Source: Phoronis australis (taxonomy: Eukaryota; Animalia; Phoronida). From it: 39,098 nucleotides of DNA. Below, piece by piece: positions 1 through 13,021 of this stretch (positions are counted from its first letter, which is position 1; each line of letters begins with the position of its first letter). The notes beneath the pieces were generated by a model, which searched no databases, had not been told where the DNA came from, and saw nothing but the letters and a program-made list of their open reading frames with translations. A program made the translations under genes and the position numbers. The stretch is from assembly GCA_002633005.1 (NCBI GenBank), contig NMRA01000101.1, positions 780,964-820,061 on the forward strand, given 5' to 3'.

Positions 1-1146
1 AATTATCATTTTATGGCCTGGTCATCCATTCAGCCAAAAGTAGTTCCAGAGGTGGCTTATCAGCCAATTATTCACGCATGCTGACTCACAATAGAAGCCT
101 GATAAGAGTGAAGGTGGATAAATGCGGTGTTCCTACAGTTTCTTGTTTTAGTGGATGTGTTCACGACATGTTCACTTTATACATTACTTTCTAATAATAT
201 ATCCGAAAACTGAACCCATATTTCTGCACGTTCAGTAAAAGTATAAAAAGTCTTTGAATTAGGGACATTGTATGAAGAGCTCCCTATTTATTTTCAGTAC
301 AGGTAACATTGGGAACTCAACGTAGAGTTCACTTACTAAAAACTGACTTGATAATTGAGACAAAATAGCATTACAAAGTTCAATCAGTGTTTGTACACAA
401 GTCCAAAAATACCCTTAAAAGTTCAAGAACAGTCATACTTGTGACTGTTTCATGCAACCAGCCACCCAAGACCAATACACTGATCAGTACATGGCCATTG
501 AACACCATTTACATTTTAGAGAGATGAAATCTATCAAAAACCAAATGCAAAATGAAACATTCAGATATAATAAAATTTCGGAGTGTATGTTTCAAATTGT
601 TTTAAATTAGTTAAAAGTGAATTCAAATTCAGATTTTCAGTACTGTTAGTGCATTTTCAACCATCCATTTTGACCTTTGACCTTTGAATGTTTTTGAGGC
701 AGTAAATAATATTCCAGAATGTTCAAAGTTATGTTTACCTGCATAGTTAATAACACAGGGAAACCTGCAGTCCATGCGACAATTAACAGACAAGAGCAAC
801 GCAGAGCGTTGACATGCACCCTCTGTGTGCATCACATACAGCACAGATACCAGGGACATTGTCAATAGAGGGCGCAACACTTAACACACATAAGTAGCCT
901 CTAGAGGGCACAAGACAAGTCGAATAAAAGTTGAATTTCTCCCCGAACATTGACCAAGCAGTTTTGTAGATAGCTAAGTAGACAGCAAAATATTCAACTT
1001 GCCACTGCAACATAAAGCACTAATTGAATTTGACTCGCCCCCAAACATACAAACTTATTAAGTTCCTTAACTATATTTCACATGATTTGCAGATGGTTGC
1101 AAAATTGAATAAACTGTCAAGAGAGGGACAAAACATTCACCTGATT

Positions 1147-1453
1147 AAACAAGTAGAATGTGTTCCAAAAGAGGAAATGGTCTCATCTCCTAAATACAGA
1201 CCTATTTGTCAAGAAGGAACTTGATAGATATAGTGACAAACATAAAAAAGACATTGCACAAAGGTAGTCAGAACCATTTGAAGTGTGTGCATGCCGTTCC
1301 AACCTTGACAGTAACATGCATGTATAATTTCATGGACATCTATCAAGGGGTTTTGGAGAAACTTCAGCAGATGCCAGATGACCAGACAGACGAACGGACG
1401 GACGGAGGTGATGTCAATATTCACCCACATGTACATATGAGGGTGCATAAAAA
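1147..1453 (+). mobile_element. Non-autonomous Helentron-associated (HINE/DINE-1/pearl-like) element
   Basis: Starts AAACAAG, has a GACA/GACG microsatellite (about 1385-1405), then a short CACCC...GGGTG palindrome and an A-rich end, the typical HINE layout. Confidence 0.55.
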
Positions 1454-1590
1454 TAAATATCAAATGAAAACACCAACTCCACAAAATCCACAATTCCACT
1501 AAGGTGCTACACCAAACCTACAAAGTAGTCAGCCCTAAAAAGGACACGCTGTTATTGGGTTACGTGAAAGATAGCAAATGCTGCATGTAC

Positions 1591-1834
1591 CTGACTGCTG
1601 AGAGATGTCACCCCCAACCTTACCCGACTTCGGGATATACTGGAGGCAGTGGAGCCTATAGAACTCACAGACTCCTGGCTGATGCTTCGCTCACGTGATT
1701 GTACTAAGGCAGTACCAGTCTTACTAATGGAGCGAGCACGAGGGCTGGCCGTGCCCGAGTTGGCCGCACTACCAACTTTGTGTACTTTGTGTAGCGGTGC
1801 AAACAGTCCGTAGAGTGGCTGGCATTCAAAGTAC
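1591..1834 (-). CDS. CLIP1: CLIP1 exon: end of CAP-Gly 2 and Ser-rich region; the gene presumably continues beyond the left edge
   Basis: (R)YFECQPLYGLFAPLHKV completes CAP-Gly 2 in phase with the previous exon, followed by SQESVSSIGSTASS. TAG acceptor; CAG|GTACAT donor. Confidence 0.92.
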
Positions 1835-2045
1835 CTACATAAGAAGGTCAGACAACAGCCTGTAGGTGAAAAAGGATGAAAAGGTAGTGTTTGGAAACAC
1901 AGATAGCATTTACACCCTCTAGATGGAGCTGTTTCACAGAAGAGTAGCAATAAAAAGAAAGTCTCATAAAATATTAAATGTATGTGAATGATCAGTGACA
2001 AGCTTCTGATACATCACCACTCAATTCAGGGTTCATCATACCTCC

Positions 2046-2175
2046 CCTTATTTCCCTCTCTTTCCCTCTCTCTCTCTCCCTCTCTCTCTCTCTCCCTCTC
2101 TCTCTCTCTCTCTCCCTCTCTCTCTCTCTCCCTCTCTCTCTCTCTCTCCCTCTCTCTCCCTCCCTCCCTCCCTCC
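2046..2175 (+). repeat. (CT)n / (CCCT)n microsatellite in a CLIP1 intron
   Basis: Directly visible pyrimidine repeat tract. Confidence 0.97.
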
Positions 2176-2513
2176 GTCCATCCTTTCTCTCTATACTTAC
2201 CATTTCAGCAACAGTTGTTTCAACGTCCATAAAGGCTGGATGACTTAAGATTTGTGGTTATGCAAGAGGGTACACACATTGGTAGTTGTATGAATGATTC
2301 TACACATAATAAACTTCTCATTTAAAACAGATGCATTACAAAAATTATCAATGTGAAGCAACAACAGCTTATCTGAAGAACATTTTTGTTACTAGGAAGA
2401 CCAGCTTCTGGTAGGCACAACAACATTAGGGTTATTTAAGGCCTAGTGTATGGTTGTCCAGCTTCAGTGACGTTAGCTTAGTGAACTTTTTCATCCATTA
2501 AACACATTCTCAC

Positions 2514-3195
2514 CTTTTTCCCGCCACTGCACCATCGTTCTTCCCCATTTGCTCATCCAATTCCACTCCAGCCCATTCACCTTTAGCGAAGTCAGTTGTT
2601 CCAACAAAGCGCAGTGTTCCGGGCTTAGTGCCACCCACCACTACCCGATCACCCACCTTGAGAGGTCCACTTAGACTGGAGGATGAACGGGATACTGATT
2701 TGCTCAGGTTACTCTGTGATCCAGAAGCACTCTTTGGAAGTCCGCTTACACCCGTTTTCGGTGTGGCGCCAACAGGCTTTGCAGTAGCACCAGCAGTTGT
2801 TGATGGTGAACCTTCAACACCATTAGTCTTGGCAGGTGTTGCTGGCACTGTTTTGGCTGGTGTTGCTGACACTGATTTGGCTGGTGTTGCCGGAACACCA
2901 CTCGCCCTGCCATTACCAGAAGGGGGCAGGCTACGCACACCTTGTGGTTCTCTGGTGAGCTTTGACGGACGAGAGAAAACGCCACGCTTTGCTTCACACT
3001 GGAAGTATCGGACTCCTGCGACAGAGCCATCATTTTTACCCACAGGTTCATCCAGCACCACACCTGCCCAGTCACCAGGGGCAAACTGTGTCTCACCAAG
3101 GAAGGCAATGAAGCCAGGCTTGGAGCCCCCAACATATACCCTGTCACCAATAATGAAGTTGTCCTTGGGAGAACTGGTGCCAAACCCCTCTGGAC
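2514..3195 (-). CDS. CLIP1: CLIP1 exon encoding CAP-Gly domain 1, the linker and most of CAP-Gly domain 2
   Basis: Translates [54 protein letters not shown]...[49 protein letters not shown], with two GKNDG CAP-Gly motifs. CAG acceptor, GTGAGA donor, phases 1 to 2. Confidence 0.95.
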
Positions 3196-3777
3196 CTGTT
3201 GTTAAAGGATGTAATATCTCATTACATTCAGAATTCTACAAGCAATAATTTAGCTACACAAAAGAAAAAAAGCATGAATGATAATTCAGAAAACTGTAAT
3301 AGTTGTTTTTTTAGACTCTTGAACATTCGAAATTCAGTCATGTAGTTCTTCCTGTTGTTTTACTATGATTGTACCTTACGAACTTTTCTTAAAAACAAAG
3401 ATCACTTGATCTTGGCAGATTGGTGTATAGTCAAAAATCAAATTCTACAGAATTTCTTTCAGAAAGTATGTACTCATGTTGAAATCAAAAGTTTTGCTAC
3501 ATTTGTCTACATGTACAGACTTGTCAATAAGGAGCAGTTAGAATACGGCAGGTCAAACTGATTTATTCAGTCTGTCAAAACAGTTCACCAGCTAGAGTTA
3601 GTACTTTGTACATCAAATACCGTTCACTAATTAACTAATCACCGTTGACAAAAACTAGTCTAGTGTATGGAACTCCAACACATGTCAGACAGTGCCAAGG
3701 AACAAGTGATATGTGGACTTAGTGATCATAAACTGCTAACACAGAGAACAGTGAAACTATTAACACACGATACAGAC

Positions 3778-4162
3778 TTAAGTCCCATCCACAAACAGGC
3801 TTACCGTAGAACAACTTACACTAGTGCACCTTGTCCCACTGTAAGTGCAGGGTCAACAAATCCGATAACTAGGGTAACACAGAAGCTGCTACTTTGTGCA
3901 CAACAATGGACATCTGATCTGAATACAGCTCTCTGTATGTAAGGGCAGCAGATAATTACTTCCGCCTTGTCCCAGGTTTGCAGCCACACAGGGGTTAGAA
4001 GTTACCCTAAAACAACTTACCCTACCTTGATAAGAGGATTAAGTTGTCACAAGTGGGGCAAGTTGCACTAGTTTAAATAGCGTTCACACAGCTCTCAAAC
4101 CGAGCAACAACTTATTCCAGGAGTAACTTGTTCCAGCATAAGTCTGTGTGGACAGCACTAAG
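3778..4162. mobile_element. Decayed MITE with imperfect terminal inverted repeats
   Basis: TTAAGTCCCATCCACAAACAGGCTTA at the left is an imperfect reverse complement of TAAGTCTGTGTGGACAGCACTAAG at the right. Confidence 0.45.
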
Positions 4163-4564
4163 TGTAAGAGAGGTGAAATTTACAGATCATGAACTGCCAA
4201 CACAGAGCACAACAGTGGAACTAATCTAAACGTGTGATAGAGACAAAGTGCGACAGAGGTGAAACGTGGGTTTACCGACTATGAACTACTAACACAGAGA
4301 GAGAAATTTGATAAGAGCTCAGATCAATTGACAAAACTCCACATTCTTCCACAAAAGATCTGAATCACATATCAAACGGAATGTTAGACAGTATACATAG
4401 TGTGCATATGATACTCAGTGTCCTAGAAGGTGGAATTTTGCCTTGAGTAATCCCAAATTCCAAGAAAAATAGAGCCAATCCCATACCAACACAGTGTGAG
4501 GTTAGATTCAGTCAAATGCTTGAATCCGGGTGAGTGTGTAAATGGTGCTTAACCGTTAGTTTAC

Positions 4565-4651
4565 CTGGGAGCTTAACAATCATTTGTTCAGCATAATGCT
4601 CTGCGGCCTCAGCAGTGAGCCCAGCAGCACGCGCGCTAGCTGCTATAGCCC
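4565..4651 (-). CDS. CLIP1: Putative 87-nt symmetric (phase 1-1) exon of CLIP1
   Basis: Pyrimidine-rich ...TTTTGTTATTCCAAG acceptor and CCAG|GTAAAC donor; GC-richer than the flanks; open in the frame joining the neighbouring exons: (R)AIAASARAAGLTAEAAEHYAEQMIVKLP(G). Confidence 0.6.
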
Positions 4652-5745
4652 CTTGGAATAACAAAAGGCTGGCTTACAAACGAGCAAAAAAATAAGCACA
4701 CAAACTCGCTCACAGCCATTTGAGCTAATTTGCATGTGAGAAAGTCAACAAGCAAAGAAGTGGCAAAGACGCCAGGTTGTAGTGAATGCGGCTTGATATT
4801 GAGGACAAAGAGGTAACATTCAATGGTTATACTGGCAACATAAACACTGCTTTCTATGCTAGAATGAAACAAAAACGTTAAATTAAGGCTCTAAAGTCAA
4901 GCACAACTTTGGAACTGGTTCAATATTTCATCGTAAAGAAACAGTATTTTACATCTGAAATATTTACTCAGTTTGTTAAGACCACCTTCCATCCAAGCAA
5001 TAAAAAACTGAAAATGCTCTGAGGAGCAACATTTGGCAAAATAGGCTCAAAAAGCGAGGATGACACAAATATAAAAGTACAAACAATGGGGTGGGCAAAG
5101 CGAGACAGTTACACAGACTTTAAGGATGTCTTGAAAAATGAAATGAGCAGTGGTCACTCTCAAAAACAGGTTTGTCATTCCATACAAGAACATTTACATA
5201 TATGTGACTTCATGGTGTCCTAAAGTCAAATTGATGATGAACTTCAACATCAAGTTTTCAAAGTGCAAAAAGTAGGCCACCGTAGCTCCCAGACTCGCTC
5301 ATGCCAGTTGTGGTAGGGCAAAGCTCATTATAATACAAAGTCACCAGCCATGAGCTCTGTTTAAGCAGGTTAAGATATAATGACCATCACAAGCATTTCT
5401 GAGAAAGTCTCTAAAGAAAATTGAACATGTTAAGATTCCACCTTTAAAGTATGGGACTTTTCAAGTATCCCGTCTCTCAGTAGGCATCTCTTGTATTGGC
5501 TATTATTTACTAGCTATTGGCAAGACACGTGTTGTGTGAGAACTGCAAGGTGATCAAACAAGAAACCAACCCGTAGCATGCAATACACAAAAAAAGATAA
5601 AATCGATGACAGAACTAGAAAATTTCCAAGTACAAATTTCACTACCGAGCAACATACTTGGCAAAAACTTGAATTCGCCAGGTAAAAATGAGTCCAGCTA
5701 GCATTAAAAAACTGTCATAAAATAACACCATTAGCTATTACTTAC

Positions 5746-5878
5746 TCAAGGCCTTAGAGCCAGCTGCTGTTGGTGGCTTGGCACTGCCACCACCACCACC
5801 ACCACCACCACCAGGCTGGGGAAGGTGACTAGGCTTCCCTATCTTCGTTGGGGCCTTCAACCCAGTCGGCTTACTCAT
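5746..5878 (-). CDS. CLIP1: CAP-Gly domain-containing linker protein (CLIP1/CLIP-170/CLIP-190 type), first coding exon
   Basis: ATG at 5878 gives MSKPTGLKAPTKIGKPSHLPQP(G)9SAKPPTAAGSKAL, resembling the CLIP1 N-terminal KPSGLKAPTKI motif. TTTCAG acceptor 8 nt upstream of the ATG; GTAAGT donor after 5746 (phase 1). Confidence 0.85.
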
Positions 5879-8636
5879 GTTGCTAACTGAAAGGATTAAC
5901 AACACTTTGAACTACACATCACACAGTGTTCAAGTCTACGTCAAGGGGAGTTAATAATGTCTCGAGAGTTCAAAGGGTTCACCAGATACCAGAAGTTGTG
6001 GATGCCAGAGGCCTGCCTAGATACCCACTCGGACACTGTCAGCCCATACAGTCAGAATAGTACATCTGAAGACAGAAACAAATTTATTTAGACTGTACTT
6101 GGAAGCCCTTATAGTCTCAGAATTAGGCCATCGTATTACTTGCCTGCTTACTTCAACTTTCTGAACAAGAGAATGTCACCGTTATCTCTGCATACCCAGG
6201 TCAGTCACATCTACAACAGAGGGAGCCACAACTTACACTTATACAAGACAAAGAATTTAAAACCACGATGACAGGAGTAAGAACAATATAATTAGACACA
6301 AGAGAGTGAAACATCATCTGATTGATTATAGTACCCTCTACACAACACAGCCTAATGGATCTCTACTTACGACAACACAGATGCTACGTGCTCAAGATGT
6401 ATTAGTCCTAACCCCCCCCCCATAAAAGAACACCAACATGTATAAGAACTTCAGCCAACACAACCACAAATCACAATACATCAAACTAGAAATTATTCAC
6501 CAAACACAAATAGCATGTGTCACATCAAGCCATTCAGACTTGTTCGTCGTTATCCGTTCATAAGTTGTCGAAACCGAAGACTGGTTCAGTGTAAAATATT
6601 TTTGTTTGTTTTTGTCGTTTCTTTGCTCACACACTACATGTTGCATTTCTAATCCAATCGACATAAAATTTAAACACGTCTAGCTCAAGGCCCACTTTTT
6701 GTTGAAGTCAGACACAAGATGGCGCTGTGGTGGATATTTATGATTTTTCACTTTGTGGCGGAATAGCACCAGTGTCTCGATGGGATTTTTCTGAAATTTG
6801 GTTAATATGCGTATCTAGATCTCCTCAAGGCCAAACGGCAATGTATGATCCATTTTTCTCTACGACTTCCTGTTGTTGGTCCAGACATAGGATGCCCAAC
6901 ATGCACACACATACTGATATAAGGCACACAAAAATGTGAACCAGTCTGCAAAATGCTGCTTTGGAATTCTCAGTATTGGGCTACTTTGGTACACAATAAT
7001 TTTGTATATTTCTGTACAGCAAGGACAGACACCAGTATCAAATCCATTTTCATAATGGATGCACCAACCCAGTGCAGATTGTTTGCATTTGTATATTCTG
7101 GGTGGTGCTCTAGGATAAAGTGCCAGTACAACTAAGGAGCCAAAGTAAGCCTAGCTGATTAGGAGTGCAAATGAGTGTGAGTCTACATGGCTTTATTTGA
7201 CAAAAATTAAAATGTGCTTTGGTTGATAATTTCTGGCTTGATGAGATGTAGTTGAGTTGACTGAAGTTCAATAATGGCTATTTTTGTACTATTATAGTAG
7301 TATTGGGGTTTTAGAAATATTGCACTTCAAGCCCCTAGCTACAACACAGACAGATAATGAGCACTGGATAGAATTACAAAAATGGATTCTTTGGAAATAC
7401 ACAAGATCCCAGGATCTGGCACAGCAAGGCCAGTGCTTATAAACAAGCAAACCTGTACCATACGTCAACAAACGTCAACAAACATGAGCGTCCAGCCTAC
7501 AAACTGACGTTACCAGGTATGTAGTGCTACCTGCTACACCCCACAGAGGTCACAAAACTCAACAAAAACAGGAAAAGCAAGAGTTTGAAGTCCATCTCCA
7601 ATCACTCTTATCTTCCCACCATATGACTCACTACTGATATCACTCAGTATCACATCAAAGGTGCACTTAAGTGGTGACTACTAATGAACTCAACACTCCT
7701 ACCTTCTTGTTTTATACTGTTAACTTAGCTGGGCTACATACTATTCTTAAGCCTATAAGCCTCAAATGACAATATACCATGAACAAAGTACGAGTTACCG
7801 GTAAGTCCGGTACTGAAGGATTACTACTTCCAAACTACATAAACCAGAGAAAAAAAGTTACAATATTCACGTTTTTTTAATTTGGTTTTGACAATAATTG
7901 CTCTCAAAGGCACTTGAGCATCTTCCTAACAACACTAATTCCATACACCGTGATTACAAATCCAACATTCTTACCCAACAAATGCTTTTTAAGAGTACAT
8001 TATTATTCTACAGTTTGCATTTCATGTTGCATTTGCTTGAAATCCTTAAAAATCAATTGGTTGTAGACAAACAACAAATCACCGCAACAGCTCCTTGGGA
8101 AATGCAGGCCCAGAAAAACCCCACAGAAATTTTGGTCATCGAATAAATTTGCTAGTAAATGAAGCAGCAGAAATGAAGATATGAAAAGAAAATGCCTCTG
8201 ATAACACCCAAATATCCACATGAAGTAAACATGTGGAGACAACTCTGACTAGATAACAGTAAGATGCTACACTTAAGTGTTGGCTTACTAAGTAAATGGA
8301 CAGTAATCAACAGATCAGGATAATCCATCAGGGTGTGGTTTCAATGCATTCCTATGACATAACTCTGCATCAGGTTTCGGCATAATTCATCAAGTAATTT
8401 CGATGAAATTTGATAGACATGAAATCCCTGGTTCAAAACTAGAATATCAATAGGTGTGCCAGTTTGGTCAAAGTCCCCTTTGACATACATGTAGGAGTTT
8501 AGAACAGAACAGTACTATACTCTGCTTGGAGATGTGCAGGAGGCCATAACGAGGCTAACAGAGATCCATGAATAATGACTTTTATACCACAATATTAGCA
8601 TCAAACGGCAGATACAACCGTGTAATAACCCATAAA

Positions 8637-8745
8637 GTTATCTCACTAGTGAGATAACGATTTGGCGGGAAACCGAGGACGGGGTCGAACCCGGGACCCT
8701 AACATTGCTAGTCGCCGACTTTACCACTACACCACGCAGCGACTG
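8637..8745 (-). mobile_element. tRNA-derived SINE head / tRNA-like pseudogene
   Basis: Minus strand has A-box TGGTGTAGTGG and B-box GGTTCGACCCC at tRNA spacing, but poor acceptor and anticodon stems; followed by the perfect palindrome GTTATCTCACTAGTGAGATAAC (8637-8658). Confidence 0.65.
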
Positions 8746-8909
8746 ACGTCATCAAGAGTGAAAATAGAATACTTAAATGAGCACGCCCAATAATCCCACG
8801 TTCAACAAACCACATTGTACTGTACTTATACGCTACGAAAAATAAGACACATAATTTCCATAAAAATGATATCTTAATTCGGTGAAATTTTTCTCTCATG
8901 TCCTCTCAC

Positions 8910-9030
8910 TTGTAAATCACCGATCTCTAGTTTGAATGCGGGTATCGTCTCGTCAGGATCTTTGACTTGAGAATTATAGTCAGTTACCAGTGGTAACCTA
9001 CTTTAGCAGACGATAATTTCCCGGTCGAAG
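8910..9030 (-). promoter_or_regulatory. Possible non-coding first exon / promoter of CLIP1
   Basis: Locally CpG-enriched stretch ending in a minus-strand AA|GTGAGA donor at 8909, upstream of the UTR acceptors at 5887 and 6066. No direct transcript evidence. Confidence 0.25.
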
Positions 9031-9287
9031 CTTAGCGTGAAAAAAACGTGTTTTAAGCTATAATAGTTGGTAAACCTTTATTTATAAATTCAATTTATTT
9101 CTATAATATTTAAGTTTTCAATTGGTTTTGAGTAAAAGCATTATTTGACAAAAATAGCCGGGCTTTTCTTAAAAGGTCACGACCTCCGACCCCGGGCCTC
9201 TGACATAGAAAGTAGTTACAAAGCCGTGGAGAGTCAGAAAAGGTAAATCGATTCATTGCAATGTTTCTCGTTTAGTATGTGGTATAA

Positions 9288-9451
9288 ATAGATTATTACA
9301 TGTTCTCAGCCGTTATCCCCCTTATCTAGAGCCCTCGTGGATTTTGGAGAATTATCACCCTCGGGGCTTACGCCCCTCGGGCGATAATTCTCCAAAATCC
9401 ACTCGTGCTCTAGATAACGGGGGATAACGACTTCGCCATATAATAATCTAT
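9288..9451. repeat. About 164-bp near-perfect palindrome (hairpin MITE)
   Basis: ATAGATTATTA...TCTAGAGC..GTGGATTTTGGAGAATTATC..GGGGC-TTAC-GCCCC..GATAATTCTCCAAAATCCAC..GCTCTAGA...TAATAATCTAT. Confidence 0.9.
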
Positions 9452-10708
9452 ATACACAAGATTACAAGTTGCAAATAACATTATTATCGGAGGCCTAAAA
9501 AATGTCTAAATTTGACTAACTTCAAAACATCATATCTCAGAACTCAATAATTGCATTCATAACAAATTTTCAGATATATGCTTTATGCAGTTCTCAAAAA
9601 TTGCTTTAAATTTGATCCATGTTTACCTGTAATGCTATAAAAATAGGACCTTTATGCTTTGTATGAAAGTCAAAAATCAAATTCTACATCCTGTTTGCTT
9701 TCCGAAAACGTATTCTTTTCATGAGTTAAATGCCATAGATCTGAAGAAATTTGACTGAATGCACAGACTTGTGATAAGGTCCAACATAACCTTAACTTCT
9801 TTGATGAGGTTTTTTCCGCCCCTGTGTGATGGCTGGTAACAGACCTCATCTCGGTTTACATGTACATCAACTAGCATTCCACTGGTATGACCAGTCAGGA
9901 ACTATCTTGTTGCTCACAGTGATGATATCAAATGAATGTCTGTGAAAGGTCTAAACACAGCTGTACACAGGCACCATTCTTAGTCAAGAGATCTTGAGCT
10001 ATATCAGTAAATTACTGACTGAATGTTATCAGCACTCTTTTAAGCAACATCTGCTATGTATTTTAAAGACGCTTACAAAGAAAAGACATTGTTTTAATCC
10101 AATCAACTTTCAACAGCTTCACTACACTGAGAAACCAAAACACAAAAAAAATTTTAATAGCCATTTCCATCACAGTGGTGATATGATTACATAATAGTTT
10201 TCATTGAAAAATGGTTACCTCAAGGGTTAAATTGATGAATGAAGAAACACATCGAAAAGTAATTTTGATTACCACATTATTTGACTTAGTTGGAAAGATT
10301 TGAAGACACCTATGGCCTCCAAAGGTATCCCTCTATGCTAAAAAGGTACCTATAGCTCAATGAAACTACGGGAGTATAGCCAGAAAGAGAACTCAGAGAA
10401 GTAAGTTACTGTAAAGCTTGCAGTGTTTATTCAGTTTTGTTCTAAAAAGAAAAATCATAGGACAGCAAACCAAAAGTAAGTTGTGACCTTGGACGTAAGA
10501 AAACATGGTTGACAATGGGTGGTTTAAATAATAAGATTCAGTTTAATATAATTGCAAAATTTGTTAGTTTCAAAGGCAAACACCAAGCATTCTTGAGAGT
10601 TTTAGACTTGATAGGTGAAGCTATCACTGAAACTTCTAAGACTCCATGGTATAAAGTATCCTTGTTGATCAAGAGCATTTTTCAAGTTCTCTCTGACTGT
10701 GAAACAAT

Positions 10709-10872
10709 TTGAGAGGTTACTCCAAGACAAACAATACAACCATTTGCTAGTCTGAGACCCGTAATAAAACAAAAAACTATTTTTGAGAGGTTAGTCCAAG
10801 ACAAACAATCAGAACCACAACAATACAACCATTTGCTAGTCTGAGACCCGAAATAAAACAAAAAAACTATTT
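10709..10872 (+). repeat. Local tandem duplication of about 75-90 bp
   Basis: TGAGAGGTTA.TCCAAGACAAACAAT...CCATTTGCTAGTCTGAGACCCG.AATAAAACAAAAAACTATTT occurs twice. Confidence 0.9.
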
Positions 10873-12507
10873 GGAAGGAATAATTATTCACAAATTGTTT
10901 TTATTGCAGCTTGTGATCTCTTGGTCACCACTAGTGGACTTGAGTGGGACCGTACTTTTCCAGATCTGACAATTAAACTTACAAAAGGTCCTTCAACTTA
11001 GAGCTGATTTTTATTGTCTGATCCAGAACTGTTATTGCAGGTGACTGTAGGCAGTGGTACATTATAACCAATCATGTTCACCACAGGACTTTCTGTAACC
11101 CCTGACTGAAGTATCAAAGCCAAGCTACTATAACTGTACCTTTTGAGCTTGGATAGACACCATTGGAGGCAGTTTAAACAAACACTCATGCAATCCAAAT
11201 TTTTCTGGATAGTCCTTCGTTACCTTATTAAAATCCTGAACTGAGCCATTTTTGTCGTGAACAGTTCCATCAGTGTGCATGTAAAAAATGCTACATTCAC
11301 TTCAGAAAAAAATAAAGGCCCCAATATAAAGCTAAGTCTACGCCAATAAGTTGAATTATTTATAAATGTGCCAAATTTACAATTACCATTATTACCTCTT
11401 GTGTATACTTCATGTATTTCCAGTGTATACCGGTTAGAACCATGGTCGTTTCTCAAGGTTATCCCTTGCTAAAAGTTGAGAAGAAGTGAGGGTCTGCCTT
11501 ACTTATCACGCTTTTTGGTTTTTGATTGGCAACCATCAGCACTGGCACCAGTCAATGAGTTCTGCTCAGAGAATAGATGGTCGCATTATCCGACGTGACT
11601 CAAGAAAATCACCAAATTATCTACTAATTTTTCATTAATGCTATGAAGTATGCACATGATCAGAAAAGAAAGAGAATTTTTCTACTAAGAAAGGTTGGTG
11701 GACCAACTGTTTCAGACTCTGAAACTCTCACTCTGGCCAGACTACGGGAACTCATTTCGTTCCGTTAGAACATACCTATAATATATATCATACAAGTAAA
11801 GAAGGGAGTAGTGTATACACAATTACACAGGAACATAGACCTGCTGGAAGTGAGAAATAGATGTGTAGTTGAATTTGCATGTCTCGTTATGTCGCTGGTG
11901 TTGGCGTCAGCGTGTTTTCCAAACCAATTACTCACTGTAGTGTTGGTCATTTGGGCTTGAGCATTCATAATGATCTAGCCAGTGGTTGTCGAGTCCTTCG
12001 CTAGGTAAATTTATTATGTACCTTAACTATTATGTTAAATTATTTCCAAGGTAAACAGCCTGAACCAGGCACTTTTTCCTGGGTCAGCTTTTATCACACT
12101 GGCACCCAACTAAGGTAAAACCCATGAAAATCCCCCCGAGATGTAATTACTTGTTCTGAGTGGCAAAAGGAGAGGGTGCCAGAATGGTGGTATTGGATCC
12201 AGAATAAAAGGCGAGCATTGCTGAAGGCAAATTCCAGGACAAGCAGTAGTGTTGCTGAGGGAAAATGCCAGTGTTCAGCTCAGATTTGCACCCAACAGGC
12301 ACGTCTGTTCCGTGGAAGGAGGAGTGTAGTGACATGTGACTTCCGGGTGTGTCATACATAGAGCCATATGAAGCCTCCCTAAATCACCTCTTAGCTGGAT
12401 GGTTTAGATGCTCAGGGAAACCCCCATTCAAGTCTCGGTGTCAGCTTAACTTTCTACAGATCTGCGCTATAAGTCTGACAGGGTTTGCAGCCTCCCCACC
12501 ATGTGAC

Positions 12508-13021
12508 CAGAGGCGGATCTACGGGGGGGGTCAGGGGGCTTAAACCCCCCCCTCGGGCCAGGACCCAAAAATTAAAAAAANAAGTCGTTTCGATGAATTA
12601 GTGCAGACGACTAAAGCACGTGCAAACTCACTGCAGTTTTTAGTATCTCTTTGGATTCTTGATATGACACCCGCACGTGCGCGGTCGAGGTTTGACTTGA
12701 GTTTAAAAACAAATGAAAAAATGGAACAGTGACATATTGTCAGTTCAACGAAATGGTTTCATTGTGGAAAAAGATTTTATTTTCAACTTTTATAACCGAT
12801 TTATGCGGTCGTCCATTTTAGGCCTACTTGGGGGTCTAAATTGTACCCTCTCTCGGTGAAATCAAAACGAGGCAACGATGTAAAAAACAAGACGGTGCCG
12901 GACATTGAATGCATTACGGAGCAAAAATTGGTGTCATTTAATTCTCAGATTATGCTTCAAGTAAGATTTTATGAAATGTCCGATATTTAGGTTCCGTCCG
13001 ATAATTAGGTACTCTAATGTG
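12508..13021 (+). mobile_element. Insertion starting with a CAGAGGCGGATCT terminus (hAT-like non-autonomous element), flanked by a 40-bp direct repeat
   Basis: Terminus resembles CAGGGGCGGAAC (26969) and CAGTGGCGGATCT (33179); 12468-12507 is repeated at 13022-13061 with 2 mismatches; single N at 12581. Confidence 0.5.

Noticed and set aside
1988-2248. ORFs with SL or ER/GR repeats
   Set aside because: Translation of the (CT)n microsatellite.
2628-3248. 206-aa plus-strand ORF and the overlapping 145-aa minus-strand ORF 2746-3183
   Set aside because: Antisense and alternative-frame shadows of the GC-richer CLIP1 exon; no recognisable protein features.
5887-6065. Additional 5' UTR exon of CLIP1 starting at the TCTTCAG acceptor at 6066
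   Set aside because: The acceptor looks strong but no clear donor could be chosen; unresolved without transcripts.
8669-8742. Possible tRNA-Ala(AGC) gene on the minus strand
   Set aside because: A and B boxes are present but the acceptor and anticodon stems pair poorly; better explained as a SINE head.
10200-12450. Short ORFs and scattered splice-like motifs in the region between CLIP1 and the array
   Set aside because: Could not assemble a consistent exon chain or recognise any domain; may be decayed repeat sequence.
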